In this document: positions 59,013 to 64,000 of the stretch, one piece after another
How the letters are laid out: each line of letters opens with the position of its first letter
How positions within the stretch are numbered: the stretch's first letter is position 1
Source: an uncultured delta proteobacterium
GTDB taxonomy: Bacteria > Myxococcota_A > Polyangia > Polyangiales > Houyiibacteriaceae
DNA: 64,000 nucleotides
Direction of reading: 5' to 3'
Assembly (NCBI GenBank): GCA_963699755.1
Contig: CAVOVB010000007.1
Location: 192,001-256,000, forward strand
Notes under the pieces: model-generated
Told to the model about the DNA's origin: nothing
Database searches by the model: none
What the model saw: only the letters and a program-made list of their open reading frames with translations
Position numbers and translations under genes: made by a program

Positions 59013-59906
59013 ATGCAAATCAAACAGATCCTTGTCCCCACTGATTTCTCAAAGAACGCGCAGCACGCGGTCACCTACGCCACCGAGCTCGCCAGGCGCT
59101 GCTCGGCCAGGCTCCACCTTTTGCACACCCCCGTCATTCCGACCTATCTGCTGATGGACCTATCGTACAGTCCCGGCCCGGAGGCGGTCACGCGCATCCT
59201 CAACGACTCACAGGATGCCCTCGATGAGCAGGCCAAAGGCCTCGCGGCCGCCGGCGTGGAGTACTTCACCGTGATCCGCGAAGGAACGGTGCACGAAGTG
59301 ATCCGCGACTATGCCAAGGAACACGACGTAGACCTAGTCGTCGTCGGGACGCATGGTCGAACCGGCGTGTCCAAGCTCATGTATGGCAGCGTGACCGAGC
59401 GAGTCATCAAAACAGTCCATACGCCGATCATCGTCATCCCGCCCGATGGCGACAAGATGCCGCGCTCGACCGTCATTGCATACGATTTCTCGGCTCCATC
59501 CAAGCGCGCCGCCGAGGTTGCCGGCGCGATTCACCAGATCTTCGGCGGACCGCTGCACATGGTGCACAGCTATCTCGACGTCTGGGGGGAATACACCGAC
59601 CGTGGCGCGGTGGTCGGAGAGGCGGCCGAAAAGCGTCGCGAGGCGCTCCACCTGGGGCTCGAGGAGATGCTCGAGGCGGAATCCAGGGAGCTGTTTCCGG
59701 GCGACGCGAAAGACATCGAAACCCACCTAGTGACAGGGGACCCCGCCGAGGGTCTTCTCAGGGTTGCCGAAGACGTGGACGCGACACTGATCTGCGCGGG
59801 CACGACGGGCAAGAGTGGCATCGAGCGTCTCCTGATCGGCAGTGTGGCGAGGCGGCTTCTTCACGACAGCAAAGTTCCCTTGCTTCTCACCCACGACGAC
59901 GCTTAA
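59013..59906 (+). CDS. tandem-domain universal stress protein
   Basis: ILVPTDFS...GTHGRTG...GSVTE and AYDFS...GTTGKSG...GSVA. Confidence 0.93.
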   Translation: MQIKQILVPTDFSKNAQHAVTYATELARRCSARLHLLHTPVIPTYLLMDLSYSPGPEAVTRILNDSQDALDEQAKGLAAAGVEYFTVIREGTVHEVIRDYAKEHDVDLVVVGTHGRTGVSKLMYGSVTERVIKTVHTPIIVIPPDGDKMPRSTVIAYDFSAPSKRAAEVAGAIHQIFGGPLHMVHSYLDVWGEYTDRGAVVGEAAEKRREALHLGLEEMLEAESRELFPGDAKDIETHLVTGDPAEGLLRVAEDVDATLICAGTTGKSGIERLLIGSVARRLLHDSKVPLLLTHDDA

Positions 59907-59955
59907 GGGCGCAGCACCTTGAATGAGCGCGCGGACGGCGCATGATAGGGGCGTG

Positions 59956-60759
59956 ATGATGGGGCGGCTCATTGCGATGGGGTTGGCGGTTGGGCTCGGA
60001 AGTGGTTGCGACTGCGAGCCGAAGCGCGCGTCCGACGACGGGGAGATGCCAGCCGGCTTCGAGAAAGTTATGCAGGATCATGGCGCGCTGTCGTTCGTCG
60101 CGCGAAACGCTCTAATCCGCGGCGACCTCCCCGTCGCTCGTCAGTCGATGCGTAAGCTCGCGTTTTTCATGGAGCACGTCCCCTTTCCGAAGGAAGGCAA
60201 GGAGTACGCCCGGATCACCCGCGAGCTCGCCACCGAGGTGCGAGAGGCCGGGGACCTCGAGGAGGCGAGCATGGCGTTTGCCAGGCTATCGAACGCGTGC
60301 GGTCAATGCCACCATGCACTCGACCGGGGGCCCCCGATCAAGCTCGATCCGATGCCTGGCGGCGAAGACCTGAAGATGCACATGCGGCGCCACTACTGGG
60401 CGGTCGAGCGGATGTGGGAGGCTTTGCTCAGCGACTCCACGTCGGCGTTCCAAGCGGCGGCCGGCATGCTCGCCGAGTCGCCGCTGCACGGGCCGAAAGA
60501 CCCCAACAGCGAGAACCCTCCTGGCACGACCCGCCTCGCATACGAAGTTCACGACCTCGCATTCGCCGCGGCTGTCGAAGGCAAAGCACGAGAAGACGAA
60601 TACGTGCGAAAGCCAGGCGAGCCCATAGAGGGAAGGCCAACCACACTTGGGCAAGCCGAGATCTTCGGGCGCCTCTTGTTCACCTGCAGCCAGTGCCACG
60701 GCTTGCTGAATGTGACACCAGGCTTGACGCCCGACGAACGCAGCCCGGAGGTGCCATGA
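59956..60759 (+). CDS. diheme cytochrome c (tandem cytochrome c'-like), probable lipoprotein
   Basis: LGSG-C signal; CGQCH and CSQCH each at the end of a helical unit. Confidence 0.7.
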   Translation: MMGRLIAMGLAVGLGSGCDCEPKRASDDGEMPAGFEKVMQDHGALSFVARNALIRGDLPVARQSMRKLAFFMEHVPFPKEGKEYARITRELATEVREAGDLEEASMAFARLSNACGQCHHALDRGPPIKLDPMPGGEDLKMHMRRHYWAVERMWEALLSDSTSAFQAAAGMLAESPLHGPKDPNSENPPGTTRLAYEVHDLAFAAAVEGKAREDEYVRKPGEPIEGRPTTLGQAEIFGRLLFTCSQCHGLLNVTPGLTPDERSPEVP

Positions 60760-61061
60760 GCTCACCACCTCGCATCGTGTTCCTCGTCGGGTTCCTCATG
60801 GCCCTGCCCTCTGCCTGCGCAAGCGGTCGTGTGCGCGGTGGCCAAGGCACCGAAGTGGCCCAAGAGGAAGCCTACGAACCAGCGCAGAAAGTGGAGCCGC
60901 CAACGGGCAACGTCGACAAGACCTCGGGGCCGCTCACACCCATCGATACGTACCCGTTCCTCGAAGTCGATCTCGAACGGCGTCGCCCAGCAGCCGGCCC
61001 GGAGCCGGAGCCAGAACCCGAGCCCCAAACCGAACCCGAACTCCCACACGACCCGGAATAG
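60756..61061 (+). CDS. small putative lipoprotein with Pro/Glu tail
   Basis: GGAGG RBS, ATGA overlap, LPSA-C, PEPEPEPEP. Confidence 0.55.
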   Translation: MSSPPRIVFLVGFLMALPSACASGRVRGGQGTEVAQEEAYEPAQKVEPPTGNVDKTSGPLTPIDTYPFLEVDLERRRPAAGPEPEPEPEPQTEPELPHDPE

Positions 61062-61071
61062 ACAAGGTAAG

Positions 61072-62340
61072 ATGTCGAAGCTCTGCACCGCTGATCAAGC
61101 GGTCAACCACATCAATTCCAATCAGCGCGTGTTCGTTCACGGCGGCGCGGCAACCCCTACGGCCCTGGTGGACGCGCTCGTCCGAGATGCGAGCCGCCTG
61201 CACGACGTCGAGCTGATCCACCTTCACACCTCCGGCGAGGCCGCCTATGCCAGGCCGGAATACGCCCGTTCGTTTCGCGTGGCGAACCTGTTCGTCGGGC
61301 CAAACATGCGTGGCCAACTCGATGGCGACCGGGTCGACTACTTGCCCTGTTTCCTCTCGGAGATCCCACAGTTGTTCCGATCGGGGCGCCGGGCGATCGA
61401 CGTGGCCCTGGTTCAGGTCTCGCCCCCCGATAAGCGCGGGTACTGCAGCCTCGGTGTTTCGGTGGACGTGGCCAGAGCTGCGGTCGACTCTGCCAAGATT
61501 GTGATCGCCCAGGTCAATCGTCACATGCCACGTGTCCATGGTGACGGCTTCGTCCACATCGACCAACTCGATTGGCTGGTCGAGCACGACGAGCCCCTCC
61601 CCGAGGTCCCGGCCGCGACGCCAAGCGACGAAGAACAGGCGATCGGTCATCATGCGGCGGCGCTCGTCGAAGATGGTGCCACTCTGCAGATGGGGATCGG
61701 AGCGGTGCCGGACGCTGTCCTCGCCTCACTCAAAGGTCATCGCCATCTGGGAGTACACACCGAAATGTGGTCCGACGGTTTGCTTCCCCTGCTCGAATGC
61801 GGTGCGGTTGACAACAGCCGGAAAGTCATCCACCCAGGGCGCACTGTGTCGGGTTTCATCGTCGGAACGCAGCGTGTATATGATTACATCGACGACAATC
61901 CTAGCATCACTCAGTACGACATCGGCTACGTCAACCGGGTCTCGGTCATCAACCAGAACCCCAAGGTGACCGCGATCAACTCCGCGGTCGAAGTCGACCT
62001 GACGGGGCAGGTCTGTGCCGACTCGATCGGCCATCGCGTCATCTCGGGAGTCGGCGGCCAGATGGACTTCATTCGCGGCGCGATGACCTCGGAACGGGGC
62101 AAGCCCATCATCGCCCTGACGAGCCGCACTCGAAACGGTGCCCCTCGGATCGTGCCGACCCTGCGGCCGGGCGCCGGAGTGGTCACCACACGGGCACACG
62201 TTCGGTTCGTCATTACGGAGAACGGCTCCGTCGACCTGTACGGTAAGACGCTCAACGAGCGGGCCCAGTTGCTCGTTTCGATCGCCCACCCAGGCGACCA
62301 AGAGGCCCTAGAGCGCGCCTGGCGCGAGACCCGGGCATGA
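61072..62340 (+). CDS. acetyl-CoA hydrolase/transferase family (4-hydroxybutyrate CoA-transferase-like)
   Basis: TLQMGIG, HTEM, AINSAVEVDLTGQV, SGVGGQMDF, ITENG. Confidence 0.93.
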   Translation: MSKLCTADQAVNHINSNQRVFVHGGAATPTALVDALVRDASRLHDVELIHLHTSGEAAYARPEYARSFRVANLFVGPNMRGQLDGDRVDYLPCFLSEIPQLFRSGRRAIDVALVQVSPPDKRGYCSLGVSVDVARAAVDSAKIVIAQVNRHMPRVHGDGFVHIDQLDWLVEHDEPLPEVPAATPSDEEQAIGHHAAALVEDGATLQMGIGAVPDAVLASLKGHRHLGVHTEMWSDGLLPLLECGAVDNSRKVIHPGRTVSGFIVGTQRVYDYIDDNPSITQYDIGYVNRVSVINQNPKVTAINSAVEVDLTGQVCADSIGHRVISGVGGQMDFIRGAMTSERGKPIIALTSRTRNGAPRIVPTLRPGAGVVTTRAHVRFVITENGSVDLYGKTLNERAQLLVSIAHPGDQEALERAWRETRA

Positions 62341-62346
62341 GGCCCC

Positions 62347-62391
62347 GCGCAGCGGTTGCGCTTGCCGACGGCGCACATGCAGATGTTGCGC
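62347..62391. promoter_or_regulatory. tandem GCGCA-N5-TGCGC-type sites
   Basis: GCGCA-gcggt-TGCGC (62347) and ATGCA-gatgt-TGCGC (62377), 30 bp apart. Confidence 0.6.
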
Positions 62392-62450
62392 CGACCTAGT
62401 GAAGATGTTGATCAATTGTGATGGAAAAGCAGGCCTTGGCACGCAAGGCT

Positions 62451-62467
62451 TTGGCACGGCTCCTGCT
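62451..62467 (+). promoter_or_regulatory. sigma-54 promoter
   Basis: TTGGCACG-GCTC-CTGCT upstream of debranching gene. Confidence 0.65.
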
Positions 62468-62517
62468 TGGGACGTGCTTTCGACCCGGTGCGGATTTGGG
62501 TCTAAGGGGAGATTACG

Positions 62518-64000
62518 GTGATTCTGCCAAGTTGGTTCCCATCTCGCTCCGACAGCGCGTCGGGGTTGCGCCTTCTGAGCAAGGCGCCTGAAAGTGTAGA
62601 CGAGAGCAGTGCTGCGGCCACTGCGATCAGTCCGGCTGCCGAGTGGCTGAGCGTCAACACCGTCGGTTCGTTTGCGATCGGCACGATCGATCGCTGCCCA
62701 CGCCGCAAGTACCACGGGCTTCTCACGGTTCGGGAGCCTGGGGTTGGCGGGCCGCTGAACATGGTCGCCGAGGTGGAGGAGTGGCTCACGATCGGTGAGC
62801 AGAGATTCGCACTGCACAGCTACAATTGGGGCAATTCGGTCGAGCCGAACGGGGTCGACTATCTGAGCCGCTTCGAGCCGCTGCCGCGCTGGACCTACCA
62901 GCTCGGCGATCTCACGATGACGCGTGAGCTCTGGCTCGAGGACGACGCCGACGCGGTCTGGATCCGATACACGATCGAGGGGCTGACCGGTCCCGCAGAC
63001 CTCAGGCTTCGTCCTCTGATCCGCTGCCGTCCACTACACCAGCTGACCTTTGCCAACCCGTTCCTGAACGGGGAGCTCGAGATCGAGGAGGGCAGGTCGC
63101 TTCGCGTGGTCATGCAACCCTACAAGAACGTGCCGGCTCTCATCATGAGTCTGCATGGTGCCCCTGGTACATTTCGCCCCGACGGCCACTGGTACGAAGG
63201 CGTGCACTACGAGTGGGAACGCGAGCGTGGCTACCCCGATGCGGAAGACCTCTTCACGCCGGGTGAATTTTGCCTGAATATCGAGGAAGATGGGGCATTT
63301 TGCATTCGGCTCGGAACCACCGCCGCCGCCAGCCACGAGCCGCAGGTGCTCAGCTCGGTGCTCGGTTCACGGCGCTCTTTCGTGCAGGAGCTCGATGACG
63401 CGGCCGACGCGTACCTGGTCGAGCTCAGGGGCAATCGCAAAGGCATCATCGCCGGCTATCCCTGGTTCGGCGAATGGAGTCGAGATTCCTTGATCGCCCT
63501 GCCCGGCCTCTGCCTGGCCCGGAACAAGGTCGACGAGGCGCTGGCGATACTCGAATCGCTCGCTGATCGCCTCGAAAACGGTCTGGTGCCCAACATTCCC
63601 CAAAGCGGTGATGTCCCTTCGAACTCGGAATCGATCGATGCTTCGCTTCTCTTCATCCGAGCCACGGCCCTCACCGCAAAGCGAACGCGCAGCCGCCGAA
63701 TCAGAGCACTCCAGGAGGCCTGCCTCGACCTGATCGACCGAATCGGGGAACGTGCAGACCCGCGGGTCCACGTCGACCCACAGGGCTTTCTCTTCGTCGA
63801 TCACGGGCCCTGGGCGCTCACCTGGATGGATGCGCTCGTGGATGGTTGGCCGGTGACCCCGCGTCAAGGCTACGCGGTCGACCTCAATGCCCTCTGGTTG
63901 TCGGGCCTGACCACCGCGCTTCGATGGGCCAAGAAACTGCGCCCGGACTTCGTGGCAAAGTGGAACGAAACCGCGAAGAAACTATCCGATCATTTCGAGG
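62518..64000 (+). CDS. amylo-alpha-1,6-glucosidase / glycogen debranching enzyme (3' truncated by window edge)
   Basis: Not in ORF track (no stop); EWLSVN..GSF, RKYHGLL, IIAGYPWFGEWSRDSLIALPGL, LTWMDA, TPRQG; GTG after AAGGGGAG. Confidence 0.9.
   Translation, partial: MILPSWFPSRSDSASGLRLLSKAPESVDESSAAATAISPAAEWLSVNTVGSFAIGTIDRCPRRKYHGLLTVREPGVGGPLNMVAEVEEWLTIGEQRFALHSYNWGNSVEPNGVDYLSRFEPLPRWTYQLGDLTMTRELWLEDDADAVWIRYTIEGLTGPADLRLRPLIRCRPLHQLTFANPFLNGELEIEEGRSLRVVMQPYKNVPALIMSLHGAPGTFRPDGHWYEGVHYEWERERGYPDAEDLFTPGEFCLNIEEDGAFCIRLGTTAAASHEPQVLSSVLGSRRSFVQELDDAADAYLVELRGNRKGIIAGYPWFGEWSRDSLIALPGLCLARNKVDEALAILESLADRLENGLVPNIPQSGDVPSNSESIDASLLFIRATALTAKRTRSRRIRALQEACLDLIDRIGERADPRVHVDPQGFLFVDHGPWALTWMDALVDGWPVTPRQGYAVDLNALWLSGLTTALRWAKKLRPDFVAKWNETAKKLSDHFE

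Overview
GC-rich chromosomal window, most likely from a Myxococcota bacterium. This is inferred from the mglC-like/accBC/sgmX-like synteny, a myxobacterial-style TonB-dependent receptor, a fused ccoNO and sigma-54 promoters; Na+-NQR hints at a saline habitat. Left to right: lipid-metabolism genes; a ~9.7 kb electron-transfer cluster (3030-12724) with a beta-barrel, four multiheme cytochromes c (10, 20, 8 and 29 CxxCH motifs by manual count, 67 in total), a di-heme-b-like membrane protein and a membrane-anchored ferredoxin/NAD(P)-FAD oxidoreductase; an ArsR-linked RND/LolA-like/OMP/DUF2892 module; a Spy-like/two-component locus; the mglC-aroQ-accBC-sgmX block; a molybdopterin enzyme; a TonB receptor; tRNA-Gly(CCC); two paralogous LuxR regulators flanking sulfotransferase/SDR genes; a full nqrABCDEF-nqrM operon; CBS proteins; a cbb3 oxidase operon; and USP/hemerythrin/cytochrome c'-like/CoA-transferase/glycogen-debranching genes. 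The best candidate for a new system is the multiheme cluster, which could form a complete cytoplasm-to-surface electron conduit with short and repeat-extended terminal cytochromes. A second notable signal is a recurrent GCGCA-N5-TGCGC palindrome, next to sigma-54 promoters at two loci, linking the right-hand respiratory genes into a putative low-oxygen regulon. All calls come from reading motifs by eye; no database searches were run.
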